From: Pavona decussata
Taxonomy: Eukaryota
Length of the DNA: 64,000 bases
Assembly: GCA_977016875.1 (NCBI GenBank)
Contig: CDRNST010000046.1
Location: forward strand, 992,001 to 1,056,000
Reading direction: 5' to 3'
A program made the translations under genes and the position numbers. The notes beneath the pieces were generated by a model. That model saw only the letters and a program-made list of their open reading frames with translations. It did no database searches and was not told the origin of the DNA. This document shows positions 26,916-39,435 of the stretch, piece by piece; position 1 is the stretch's first letter, and every line of letters starts with the position of its first letter.

Positions 26916-29900
26916 TTAAATGACTCTAGTTAAAATAAGAAAGAATTGGCTGGTCGGAGCTCGAAGCTATCTCCGTTTTCGAAACGTTCAGTCCATTTTG
27001 TGATATAGGAACATAAACTAAACGCCTTCTACTTAAGGTTACGGCAACCACTGATGGATTCAAACCTTGATCTCTGAAACAATGTAAAAGCAAATAAATG
27101 AAATGACACCAACGGCAACAACAGGACACAGTAGCTCATAAAATATCGATCCCTTGTTTATTTCATCATCATCATCCGAATCAAGGAGCCCTGAAAAGGC
27201 ATACCTCGAAGTATGTGTCCCTATTGTTAGCCACTTCGTTCAATAATCTCCCGTATCCAGTCTATAAGGGCTGATATCTAGATCAGTATTTACTCCTTGA
27301 AGTCTCAAGTTATTTCCAACCGACTCCAAAAAGCATTTGAGTTCGAATTTTGGGTTGTTTAAAGAACACATTTGCCCCCATAATAATAAGTTTCACAGTT
27401 CAAATAGGCGTATGTCTGAGAAAAAATCTTCAGTTTAATCAATTCTACAGCTTATGTTATGATCGCCTTTGGCAGTGTGTATGTGTTTTGAGATTCTTTC
27501 GGATATTTATGTCACCCGCGATTTCAGAAAAAGGAATCAACCAGTCGAAATTGTCATTATGTGAATCACATTTGGAAATGCTTTTTATAAGGGTGTTTTA
27601 ATAGAGTTGTGCATCAGTTTCCAGCTTGAAATTTAAGATGACAAATATATCGTTTTGACTTAGGATGTTTCCTTTTCACGAAGAAGAACAAAGTTCTTCA
27701 AATATCAGTGTATAAGAAATAAAATTTCTGATAAATCTTGCAAACACAGAAACTTTAAGAGAAATGTTACACCGACTCTCTGCTCTAAATTCCCTATTTA
27801 AGGGATTTGCTCTCATCGTTCACTGTATTAGTATAATTACTTTTATTCCGGAGCAAAAACGATAGAATGCACCTTTAGTTCAGAAAACTGTAATTTTGTC
27901 TTGCAAACTGTTAACGAGCTTAAAAGTGGAACTATCCTGAAAGGCTTGAATGAGAGCAGTCAAAAAAAGTGATTAACAAAGACTTAAGCCTGTTGAGCAG
28001 AAATAATTTTTTTATAGGATTTGACAAGACAAGAACAGAAAAAAAGATTAAAGCAGAATTAAGGTTATCAAAACGTTAACACGCTATTAAACGAAATCTT
28101 GCGAGAAACAAATCCAAGGAAGTTTTCACAACTTAAAAATAAACTTTCAAAAGAGGGAATATGAAACATTAATGCGTTCCTTTCATGTAATTCAATACAA
28201 GCTGTTAAAAGCACGTTTTCAACGCAAGAGGACACAAAGAAAAATGAAAATGATGTTTTTAAACCAATTTGAGTGCGATTGAAACCAAATTGAGACAAAA
28301 GGAGTTATTGCTTCACTCGATCGAAGACAGGATCGGTCTAATTGCATCTGTGACATTTCCCGGTGGATAGATTTTTTAAGGTGCATGTCAAATGGGCGCG
28401 GTGGAGCCAGCCACGGGAAACCTAAGAAAAATGCGAAACAAACTGGCAACAATAAACAAATAAATTGATTGAGATCTATAAACTTTTGTAACGCAAGTCT
28501 CCTATCAGGTTAAAAAAAAAAAAGAAAACAAAACAAAACAAAACAAAAAACGAGATCGGACAAGACCCCCGCAAAAACAGCCCACACAAGAGATAACATC
28601 TGAGAAGATGTCAAGGTAACTTTATATCGATATATCACGACCCCAAAGTAAGGAAGACAACATTGACAGACATACGGGCGGCTTGGAGAAGCATATGGTC
28701 CAGCCAAAACGTAAAAATAAATATCCATACTAAACATCTGTGCTTAAGTGAACGCAAATTTGGTACTGGCTCAATCCGTTGGCATTTCATGACTTACGCC
28801 TTGTCAAACAAGAATAAACTTTTTTTTTAATTCCATTCTAAAAATGAACGTGTGCGTTATTTTTAAGCGATAAAGTATGATTACTTTGGATTTATCAAAT
28901 GGTTACATGTGTCTCAGCCGTGCCTTATCTTAATTTCCTTTGATTTCAGCCGCTAAGAGTTGAGACAGTAGTTACAAATACGAGTACCATGACATCCACC
29001 AATTGAACGACAATTTCGTGTCCTCAAAAAAATCATTAACTCAGTCTATGTATGCATCGACCATCAGCGATATATCGTAAAGGAAGTCACTTAATAATAC
29101 TGCATCGATTTAAATATTACCGGATGATATCATATATGTTGCAACTAATTGAATGTTCTTAATAAGACACGTATAAACCCTGCCTGTTAAGTCACTCCTG
29201 TGCTGAAATCACCTTTGGCCAGTCAGAAAATCTCGTGAAACTAAAAAACTCCAGGCACATAATGCTAGTTACCAAAATTGAAGACAAGAATATTGTCTGC
29301 CATATTAAAATACTTTTAAACGGGGAAACTCTTACTGAGTTTTCAATTTCGGCTAATTTGGATATCAGATTTTTCAAATCGATTGACAAAGGAAAAAGAT
29401 ACCAGGGTCGTTAAAGAAACTTTAAAGTCGATAAAAGGGTAGAGTTACACTTCCGATTCGACCCTTGCGCTTAGATGTATTTTGATGTTGTTTGGCTACT
29501 GAGTAAACTAAAGTCTAGAGCCTTCGGGACTTTCTGGCGGTATTGGTCAAATAATTTTGAAATCGCATTGAAGGTCTTGAAAGTCTTCCAAAAGCCCAGA
29601 TGTAAGAACTCGCAATACTCGGTTCCAAATATATTCGCCCGTTGTTCAGTGATAGCAACGTGTATTTTGACTTGATGGACATCGCGCGCGATCTTGTGAT
29701 TTTCATATATTACAACCTCCATCGAAGAGAGACTGATAGTTTGGTTGGGTTTTACACTGTTTATTAGCAGTAAATTAGATTATTTAAATAAGCATTGCAC
29801 CTTAGCTTAGAGACAGGTGTTTGGAACTTGTTGTTATATTGTCGAGTTTAGAATTAAAAGTATCCATGTAACATTTTTGTTTTTAAAATCTTGTTCATAG

Positions 29901-30918
29901 CCGTGTTATCAATAATTTTGCAAAGACGAAAGCAGGAATAACGTGACTTTACAAATGGGCAACAAAATTCGCTAGCATTGGGCTAAATATTCACCCGTCT
30001 TCACTCCACGAACGGCTCAATTACATAACCAGTCAAATGTGAAACAAAAACCTGCGAAGAATAAAAAATACTACGACGAGAAATAGTTTTTAAAATCACA
30101 TTTCTGTCGCGTGTATTTCACACTAAACGTAGCACAAAGAAGCGAGGATGAAGTTTGGTATTGTATAAGAGAGATGTTTAGAAACTTGTTGAAAGAATAA
30201 ATTACATTCGACGCAGGGGATGTTTTAAAGACTGCTCTGCTCTCTGGTCAAAAACGCTCTTGTTAAGAGTAAGAAAACTGCTTAACTTTATTGATAGAAA
30301 TGGACTCTTATAGCATCCTCAGGCAACATACTGAAAATGACAGAGGAGTACGCGTTTTATGAGCTTCAAAGAAAGCTGAAAGAAAGGTCAATTCAGTAAA
30401 ACATTCTAGGTTGAATGTTAGCAAGTCATAAATTTGAACCGAGGCTTACAGCTCAGTAAAGATTTGAAATAATTCAACCAGCTTTGTATAAACGAAGCTC
30501 TCGAACCTTTAACAGTTCATCATAACAGTTGAGAGACTAACAAAGGGACCTCAAATTGAAATATCATATAGCATTGAAGTAAAAGTGCACCTGCACTGAA
30601 AAGCATTTGGTCACCCGTTAAAATGGACGAGAATCGTTCGCCTTTTCGCGCACGAATGGTAACTGTTATATCCAGACGCTGCCTACACTTCATACAATAA
30701 CTGAAACATACATTATTTCACTTGCCGATATGGAGACTGTCCTCTCCTTGCTAAGGTTGGCAGAAAACAAACCTGACAATTATCTAGGCTTCAGAAAACC
30801 GAGGAAACGGGCAGCACATTGCACAGGCAAGTACTTATCGACAACTTTTATTTAAATGCAAGGTTATTATTAAGAATGTTATCCAGTTCGAGACGTTAAG
30901 GCCCTCTTGAAAGGAGAG

Positions 30919-31198
30919 ATAAACAACGCCACAGAAAAGTACTGTTCAGTACCTTTCTTTTGAATGGTCACACTTTAGGATTTTATACACAGACTCAAAC
31001 GTTAAAATCACCTTGTACAGCATAATAAACAGCACCATAGGAAAGTACTGCTCAGTAGGTTTCATTTGAATGATCACACGTTAGGATTTCAGCCACAGAC
31101 TTAAAAGTTAGAACCACCTTGTACAGCACAATAAACAACGCCACAGGAAAGTACTGTTCAGTAGCTTTCATTTGAATGGTCTCAAAGTTAGAACCACA
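30919..31198 (-). repeat. 106-bp tandem repeat array, about 2.5 units (orientation A, reverse complement of B)
   Basis: TGAATG(G/A)TC at 30961, 31067 and 31173 (period 106). Confidence 0.95.
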
Positions 31199-33520
31199 AT
31201 TCAAATCATTTGACATATCAAATGTCCACCTCTAATTGCGAAAGGGTTTCGCGGGTAGATGAAAACAATTATATTTTCAGCTGGAACAGGTTCTCTTCAA
31301 GTACATCTGGCTCAGAAACATGCTTACCCCACCAAAAAAAAAGATATTATATCGTCCCTAGAAATGTTTTCAATTCTGTTATCGAATCAATCAATCATGC
31401 ACCTTGCGGGGTTAATTATTTTCTCAAACAGCACCCAAAAATGGATCGCTTCGACAAAACAGGAAAATTTCTAAAAACACGACCTGCGCTTCGACATCAA
31501 AACATCCGGCTTTATCACTTGTAGAATCGAAAGAGGAAGGGAAATTTTTGTTTCACTTTGTGTCAAAGGATATAAACTAAGAACTTTGTTTACGATACAT
31601 GTCAAGGAAGATACTGGACAATATCTTGCAAACTCTGGAGAAAATAACTTTGTTTTGTGGATATGATCTAAAAGTGCAACCTTTCAAGTATACTACAAAA
31701 GATATTGAACAATACTATAATTTTTCACTCCTAAATTACTTTTCATTCTAACTGGAAACTTTAGAAAATTTGTGATAAGCCAGGAAGCATAATGATAGTT
31801 TACCGGGAGCGGCGCTGATAAAGTTGTAACCATAACATAAACGAATGAATGCGGATTCTGAAATGAGAACTTATCTTCTTCGATTTGAATCTTTCTGGAA
31901 TACACCAAGCAAAACCGCGATATTTTAAAATCAGATTTGGGGGAAATAAAGTTACAATGTTAAGAACTTCAAAGCAAACAAACAACAGCAGAGGCCCAAA
32001 AAGTCGGACAAGTCCTGTTATATAGAACGACATCCCACGAACGAAACAAGAAAAATAAGAATATAATTTCCTCGGCATGTTAGAATAGTAAAACTTTGAG
32101 AAAAATAATTTGAAAAGGAAATGTAAAATAGATATCAATTCCCCATCATCGGGGTGCGAAAGCAAAGTAACTATTTAATAACGAAAACTTTTCAGGTTAC
32201 TTTCATTTGCTGAGTCAACGTTGAATACCTTGAATCAGTCACTGAGGTTCTTTTCTTTTGTCTCAGTATCGGTGAAATCCTGCGGTTTGTCCATTCAAGC
32301 GAAAGCTCTACAGCATAACTTTTTAGCACTAGCCTTCGTTTTTCAATGTTTAAAAAAAATGTTCTTCAATTAGTTTTCTATGTTTCGAGCTTGAAAAAGG
32401 TACAATCAAAAGCGAAATATTCTTTGGATAAGACAAGGCAGCCTGTCTGATGGGTAGACTTAAAATGAGTTGACAGCACCTTCGACAATTCAGGGGCTGG
32501 TTTCGGATTGTTTCAAGCCTGATGTTTAGTCGAAAATAATCGTGTTATGATAGCGATCTTTTAAACACGAGTGCTAAAATTAACTGTTTGTCTTCAACAT
32601 GTGGAGACAATGCTTTACTTTGTCACCAGCCGAATTTGCGAGGGCGACTGTTTGGAAAAATAAAAGCGCAAAAATAGCGGAGAACGCTTTGAGTGGAGGA
32701 AATTTTGGAATTCCAGCTCTGTGGGTGATGGATACAATTGCATAACACCTAAAAGGGATGATTTCATTCCAAAGAAATAAAACCAACAAGGATGAGAAAA
32801 CCTCACGAAGGCGAGCTTGAACTGTCATTACAACCTGTTCCTCGCTGCTAATGGACTGTCAGACATTTCATAAATTATTCATTTCTTTTTCGCTTAATGG
32901 AAGAGCACACTTAGCAAGTTCGAAAAAAACTTCTCAAATTTCAAAGGTTTAAGGTGCTCTGAAAACAGAAAAATATGTGAGTGGAATTTAGACAAAAAAT
33001 TGAGTCAGCCTTAGCTAATTAGATCGGTTGGATTCAATTTCTCATGTCGTTCAACAATGCGTGTTCGTTTTTTTAATATTCACAACATGAATTTGTCATT
33101 GGCTTTTAGTTTAACAGGCCTATCTGATATTCAACAAAAATTAAGAGAAGACGTAAACATTTGTAGCGGAGCGCGTGCAGGGACCGATTTGAGTGACTTC
33201 CGAGATGGCTATTCCTTTCTACAGCGATTACTGTTCAATTAATACAACTGGGAAACTGAAACTCGTAAAATTCAAAGAAAAGGATAACCAAAGCTAATGC
33301 TAAAAATAAATTCTGAACCTAAAATATGACCAACTGTCTTGCACAACAAGTTTGATAGTTGATATGCCTCGGCTACCTTGATGACCTTGAAATCATCATC
33401 AATATGTGGTTAACATTTTATAATAAACACTCACTCGTTAATTCAAAGGTGCCCAAACTCGAAACAAGTAAAATATTAATAATTTTGCAAAATATGGAGA
33501 AACAAAGGGCAGCAGACGAT

Positions 33521-33573
33521 CGTACAGCTTAGTAGTTTTCATTTGAATGGTCACGCTTTAGGGCAAAAGTTAG
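33521..33573 (-). repeat. 106-bp repeat fragment about 1.2 kb upstream of the Six1/2 TSS
   Basis: AGTAGTTTTCATTTGAATGGTCACGCTTTAGG...CAAAAGTTAGA. Confidence 0.75.
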
Positions 33574-34613
33574 ATTCTTACCACATAAGCGGATATTTGA
33601 CTCTAAGATTGAAAAATACAAAATGTTTGGAAAAGACAATACACTGAATGTAGCCAAATAATATAGCATCTCCAAATTTTCGCTGGTTTAAGAAAACAGC
33701 CAAATTGGGTCCAAGTAATTGTCACAATTAAAGGAAAAATATTCCTCCCTTCGAACAAATGTCATCGTGAAAGTCAGGTTTGGTGTTTTTTAGCATTCTT
33801 TTTTCAAAGGAATGTTTTCTTTTCGGTTTTTAGTTTATTATCCAATTCCAGTGGCAAAACAAGAATTAATACTCAAAAGGCAGGATTGTATAAATTTTAT
33901 CACAACTGTATCAGTCCTTCCTATTAATCCCGATACGTTTGCATTGCAAGCGTAACCTGCGAGACAGAGAAAGAAAAATATTACACCACAAAAGGAAGAA
34001 AACTCTTATAACATTGGAACATGTATGTATTTCTTACGAAGCAAAACGACCAAGAAACAATCTGGATAACACCTGGATTAGCCGAAGAAGCCAGTCCATT
34101 GTTTAACACGTATTTCGTTGATTGGTTTGGCTGTCATTTCTACAACGATAAATTCCGCAAAATCAACAAACAGGGCCTTTGTTCGCGCCCGTCTCTCATA
34201 ACATTATTAGCCTTCTAAATTAGCATCTTTTTGAGTAATAGCTCGACGTAAACATTAGAGTGCTACTTTTTCCCGTCTCATTTCTAAAAGTTGCCATAAC
34301 AAATAGGCGCTTGGAAAAGAAACTCGATCCGCGTATAGTATTACAAACATAATATTCGCTCACAGTGACTTGCAGAGTTCAAAGCGTTGTCGATCCTGGC
34401 CAAGAGCATTTAATAACATCAACTAATGAGTTCAGTGCAGAGAAGGCGAAAGTAATTGCGTTTGACGATTGTCGATAAGTCTTTCTCCTCAAGAGCCTGT
34501 GTTTGAGCGGAAGTGGCCTTTTTCGAAAACGCAAAGAAATGGATTGACATTGTTTCTATGGTGTTTGATTTAACATCTCCTGAGAAAATATAAACCATCT
34601 GGATGGTGCGCGC

Positions 34614-34626
34614 TGACCAATCACAG
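34614..34626 (+). promoter_or_regulatory. CCAAT box (NF-Y-type site)
   Basis: TGACCAATCACAG, about 160 bp upstream of the predicted TSS. Confidence 0.55.
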
Positions 34627-34749
34627 ACCATGGTTCAAGTTCTAATCTTAATTTAATAATGACATTGTCACGCCAGTGAATGAAAATTTGTCTGATCGGT
34701 GGTGGGTGACATTTGCTTTTTAACCGTGTGCAATTTGATTCCAAGCAGC

Positions 34750-34783
34750 TATAAAGAGAGCGAGTACCGTCTTAAGTTCAGAC
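34750..34783 (+). promoter_or_regulatory. Six1/2 core promoter: TATA box and initiator, predicted TSS about 34780
   Basis: TATAAAG at 34750-34756 and Inr-like TCAGAC with its A at 34780, 30 nt after the first T of the TATA box and 72 nt before the ATG. Confidence 0.7.
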
Positions 34784-34851
34784 AAATAGACAATACAAAG
34801 TGAAAGGATAACTTGAGCCCGGCGCTGCACAACTGATCCCAGCAACGCAGA

Positions 34852-35405
34852 ATGCTGCCAACCTTCAGTTTCACCCCTGAGCAAGTAGCGTGTGTGTGTG
34901 AAGTGCTTCAACAGAGCGGAGACATAGAGCGCCTCGGAAGATTTCTATGGTCTCTTCCAGAATGCGAAACCATCCAGAAGAACGAGAGCGTGCTAAAGGC
35001 AAAAGCCCTAGTTTCCTTTCACCAAGGCAACTTCCAAGAACTCTATCGCATCCTGGAAAACAACTCGTTTTCTCCGAGCTCGCATCCAAAGCTGCAATCT
35101 CTCTGGTTAAAGGCGCACTATATCGAAGCCGAGAAACTGCGCGGACGGCCGCTAGGAGCCGTGGGGAAGTATCGCGTTCGTCGCAAATTTCCTCTTCCAA
35201 GAACGATCTGGGACGGCGAGGAAACTAGTTACTGTTTCAAGGAGAAATCAAGAAACATATTGAGAGAGTGGTATTCACACAACCCGTATCCATCACCTCG
35301 AGAGAAGCGAGAACTCGCAGAGGCGACTGGCCTAACCACTACACAAGTTAGCAACTGGTTCAAGAACCGAAGGCAGCGGGACCGTGCGGCGGAAGCTAAA
35401 ATAAG
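34852..35405 (+). CDS. Six1/2: Six1/2 (sine oculis) homeobox transcription factor, coding exon 1: SIX domain plus homeodomain
   Basis: Translation [36 protein letters not shown]...[37 protein letters not shown]...[19 protein letters not shown]. The ETSY tetrapeptide is diagnostic for the Six1/2 subfamily (Six3/6 QKTH, Six4/5 ETVY); K50 homeodomain (WFKN). Exon ends at AG|GTAAGT. Confidence 0.99.
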
Positions 35406-36369
35406 GTAAGTCTGCGCTCGTGTAATATTTACCATCCATTCGTGACTTAAGCTCACGAACGTTTACCTTCACCTCAAATCGTTTTACAAAGCTTAGGTTG
35501 TCATACACAATAAATTAGCCAGCCCAACAAGGCGCGTACTTTCCCTACTGCTGCGTGCAAGTCTTGTGCTCTCATTAGTAGAATTTCCGTCCAAATATTT
35601 TATCCCTCTTTTAAATTTCGCTTTGATTGGGAAAGTTATTGAGCTTCTCGAGGGTCGGAAGTTGATTTAGCGACTTAAACTGTAACTAGCTGTTCATTTC
35701 ATGCAAATTAAATGTCGCTGAAGAAAAGGGATCGTTTTCAGCTCAAATCAAATATACATATATCAGTAAATGACATTCCGCGTGCGTGAAAGTGAATTGA
35801 CCGCATTACCGATAGAAATACCGCGCTCAATCCTTGATTTATATTTCAGTCAAAGAGAAGCGGATACGAGAGAATTTTCAAGTGATCAAGTCTGGCCCTC
35901 CTCTTGATAAGAATATAAAAACAATGAGGACAGTTGCTTGCTCGCGCGGGTATCATGTCAACTAAATACTACATGGCTGGTAAAGCACAGCTATACTTCA
36001 ATTGAAAAGCCGCGGCTTAGCATATCACAAGTTGATATCACCCTTAAGTAATAGGTCACTATTATATTCAGTATGAATGTTTAATGCAGTCTAACCTTGA
36101 GTTATTACAAGTGTACTTCTACCTTTTGAGTAATCATAAAGTGTGACCATTCAAATGATGCTATTGGTAGAAATGTCATCCAGTGCTTTGTTTTCAACAT
36201 TTTGTAAAATGAAATTTTGATTTTAAAAAGATGAAGATGGACACTTTCGAAACAAAAGAATAGAAATCAAATGACTTTTACACGTCAGAGGAGACGCGCA
36301 TTTGTTTGTGTCAAGATTTTGCGTTTGTTTATCATGTTCTAACTGTCGATTTTGCGTGATTTCAAGCAG
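35406..36369 (+). other. Six1/2 intron, 964 bp, phase 2, GT-AG
   Basis: Donor GTAAGT at 35406, branch-point-like TTCTAAC at 36337-36343, acceptor CAG at 36367-36369. Joining AG+G gives Arg185 and keeps the frame of the 36302..36658 ORF. Confidence 0.92.
36085..36195 (+). repeat. Diverged 106-bp unit inside the Six1/2 intron
   Basis: TTCTACCTTTTGAGT..TAAAGTGTGACCATTCAAATGATGCTATTG. Confidence 0.7.
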
Positions 36370-36658
36370 GGAATCGACCGTGGACATTAGAACCAAGCAG
36401 ATGTTGAACCCAGAGAAGCAGACGATGCTGAACGACGTGAAAAAGTGCACAATTCCGGATTTTTCTCAATGTATGAACGGAGGACATCTCACTGGGTCCC
36501 ACACGCCTGTGCCAGTTAAACTCGAAGTCGACGACCCAACGCTTATGGCGGCTATGTCACACGAATCTATGGCGCCCGTGTCAGCTACTGAATTTACCCA
36601 TGGACTTCATGAGAATCACATGCTTACCACGTTAACAAACTCGTTAGTAGGACTCTAG
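36370..36658 (+). CDS. Six1/2: Six1/2 coding exon 2: C-terminal region, full protein 280 aa
   Basis: In frame after the acceptor: (R)ESTVDIRTKQML...MLTTLTNSLVGL*. The terminal LTNSLVGL resembles the vertebrate SIX1 end (LTSSLVDLGS). Confidence 0.92.
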
Positions 36659-37258
36659 ATTCATCGGGCTTCAAGTTAAAATTACATGTCCATTACTCTT
36701 ACGCCAATCTGTATGTTGTAAGTTCAATGTGAGTTTTCAACTTTTTGACCGGGAAGGCATAGTGTCTTTCCCCTTTATTGGCTAAAGCCTTTACGAATTC
36801 CTCAGCTTGAAACATCTCTTGCGCATTTTAATAGGATATATAGCATAGAAAGTGTAAGCATAGTTAAAGTATTACTAGAATTCATCGTTAACTTTTACTC
36901 TTGCGAAGGACAAATATTGTTGACTCGTACTTTGGGGTCCATTTATGGCTTCATTCATTCGCGAAGTTGTGCGGTGCGTGATAACTGATCAATGCAACAA
37001 AAGCTTCTGTTTACGACGAATCAAGACCCAAACGAAAATATTCGCGCAAAAATAATTCAAGTATTCTAAGCAAAATTAAGTGTAAAGAGCAAATGTTGTC
37101 TTTGTATTCATTTTAAAAGTAATATATCACCTTGTATACCTACATATATAATCTTGTACAGTAATCTTTCACGAGCGAACAGTTGATTAAGACAACTCCC
37201 TTCGCTTTCCTGTAAACGCGGACACACGAACACGCTACATTCCTCAATTTGGAGTGGA

Positions 37259-37264
37259 AATAAA
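37259..37264 (+). terminator. Probable Six1/2 polyadenylation signal (3' UTR about 600 nt)
   Basis: First AATAAA I can find after the stop codon; followed by GT/T-rich sequence at about 37285-37302. Confidence 0.55.
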
Positions 37265-39324
37265 CTTCCTTACAGACCCAAAACGTCAGTCAGTTTAGTT
37301 TTTATAACTAAGCCATCGCGACCTCCCGTTCGACAAGTTTTCGTATTTGCCGTTAAATATATTCAGTGGTTTCTCGTTTTACATGCGGGCATCTTCTCAA
37401 ATATCGCCATATCACTTTGAGGAAATTGAAAACCATTTAATACACCCGCAATATATTTAAGTACGTTGAGTTCACTTAGCGCTTAAGCGAGAGTAAGGGC
37501 TGAGTTCAAGCTTCTCCCTCATGAACAAAAAGTCATATGATGTTTTTCAAACATTATGTTGATAAAGTCTTCCAGACTGTAGAGGAGAGCGCATCGATTA
37601 GTTTCCCTATCGACAGATTACTGTAAGTTTGAATAAAAAAAATACAGCTTGGTTCGGCGTGTTAAGGATATTCCATTATAATGTTATTTTTACAATAAGA
37701 CACGATGAGCGGTGCTTAAGAAGGAAATTTTGGCAATAAAAAGATTGGGTTTCCCGTCTATACGTATTACGCCGATTTCTATCAAGGTCCAAGGTCTTGA
37801 GCTGACAAGGCATTGCACGGCGCGAGCTATTCAAATGACGCCTACACAGGCGAAACTGTCCAACCTTTCGCCCTTTCTTTAGAAATTCAACAAGGGAGAA
37901 GAAAAGAAAAAAATTGACGAACAACAGGAGACGATTGTTTTATTGTCCTAGCAAAAGGACGACACTAGAAAAGAAGAGGGAAAGCCAAACAAATGTATAG
38001 CAGGCTCTCCGACTCGTCCCGTGCGAGCACAGCCATTTCGTGACTCGGGCGTGGAGGCTTGTGAATGCGCTCATTTATCAGGCGTCAAAATCTCTTGCGA
38101 CGACAGGCAGTGGCGTTGAGCCAGTGAAAATGTGGTTGCGTCCCCAGGAGGTTCAAACCACAACTAGCTTTTATCTTTATCGCTTGCCGTTTTCTCAAAA
38201 TGTATTTATTTATCTCGTCCATTTTCTCACAAAGCACCATAATTCACATGTATCTAAGGCTTTTGTTTTGCGCTGACCTCTCTTTAAATAAAGCAATTAA
38301 AGCACAAAAGACGCATTGTATGAATTGAATAGCGTTTATCGACCAAGCACATGTCAAAACACATGTTAACAGCAGCTACTATTTTGGGTTTTGATGCACG
38401 CAAAATGGATTGAAAGGAATTAAAAGCATTGGCTAGAGTGATGCTTACACAGTTGGGCCCTGTGTGAGTCCTGTGTCGAAATTCATCGACTGCGAGGTGA
38501 AATGTTTTTACAGCGCTGAAGCAAAACACACAGAAAGCCAGCTTCGAAAATATGACAGATGATCAAGGAAGCTTGACTGAAAACACAAGATGAGCCATGT
38601 TGCTCAAAGGAAGTAGTTTTGCTTTTCTTTACCCACGCAAAGGCATTATTATTCACGGATGAAAATACTATATTTCTGGACGCACAATTTCAATGTGGTT
38701 TAACGCGGGAGATGATTGCTTAGGAACTGCGCAAATGACGTTAATAACGAGGAAAATTTGTTGTCGGGAGACTGTAAGTCTGAAATTTAAAAGCTACGTT
38801 AACTCAAGGCTTTTAACCAGTCGAGCTTTGTGTATTCAATTGAGTGGTAATAGCGGAAGGCCGAGAAAGCCACATGATCATCTTTGTAACCTGAGTATCC
38901 TTTCCCCCATTCGCGCAAACAAACAAATGTCCAAAGGTGATAAGAGATGAGCTATAAAACACATATGCCGTTCACGAACAGCCGCGCGGAAACGGCTTTC
39001 CAGGGTAATAACATAAATTAAACCGAGGAAGAATGAAAGAAAAACATACATTTGGCTTCCTTGGTCATTTGTTTGTTCATGTTAAACGTTTAATGCTTTT
39101 TGTTCTAAATAAAAAGACAGTCGGCACATTTACACAGTGCTGCATTCCGCTTATTGATTCAGTCAAACAGAAGTTGCGTAGATAAAGCTGTCTGCTCATG
39201 CGCGCCTGGAACTCTCGAGACTGTGATGTCATCAGTGGTGAAAGGATAGGAGAGTACGAGTGAAGTGAGGGAACCTTTTTCTGAGTAAACTTTAAAATTC
39301 AAATATCGTTAAGCAAATATAAAC

Positions 39325-39435
39325 ATGTACACCACCACAGGAAAATACTACTCAATACCTTTCATTTGAATAATCACACCTCCATGATTCATTCACAGAC
39401 CAGACCAGATAGAGACCTTATACGACATAACAAAA
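39325..39435 (-). repeat. Diverged 106-bp unit (orientation A)
   Basis: CACCACAGGAAAATACTACTCAATACCTTTCATTTGAATAATCACAC...GATTCATTCACAGAC. Confidence 0.7.

Noticed and set aside
29190-29722. Several overlapping 63-83 aa ORFs on both strands
   Set aside because: No recognisable domain or convincing splice structure; may be an old mobile element remnant but cannot be supported.
35406-35409. Single-exon 185-aa Six protein ending at TAA 35409
   Set aside because: The stop lies inside a consensus GTAAGT donor and a frame-compatible exon 2 with a conserved C-terminus exists.
34720-35456. Antisense and alternate-frame ORFs overlapping Six1/2 exon 1
   Set aside because: Shadow ORFs of a GC-richer coding exon; no recognisable protein features.
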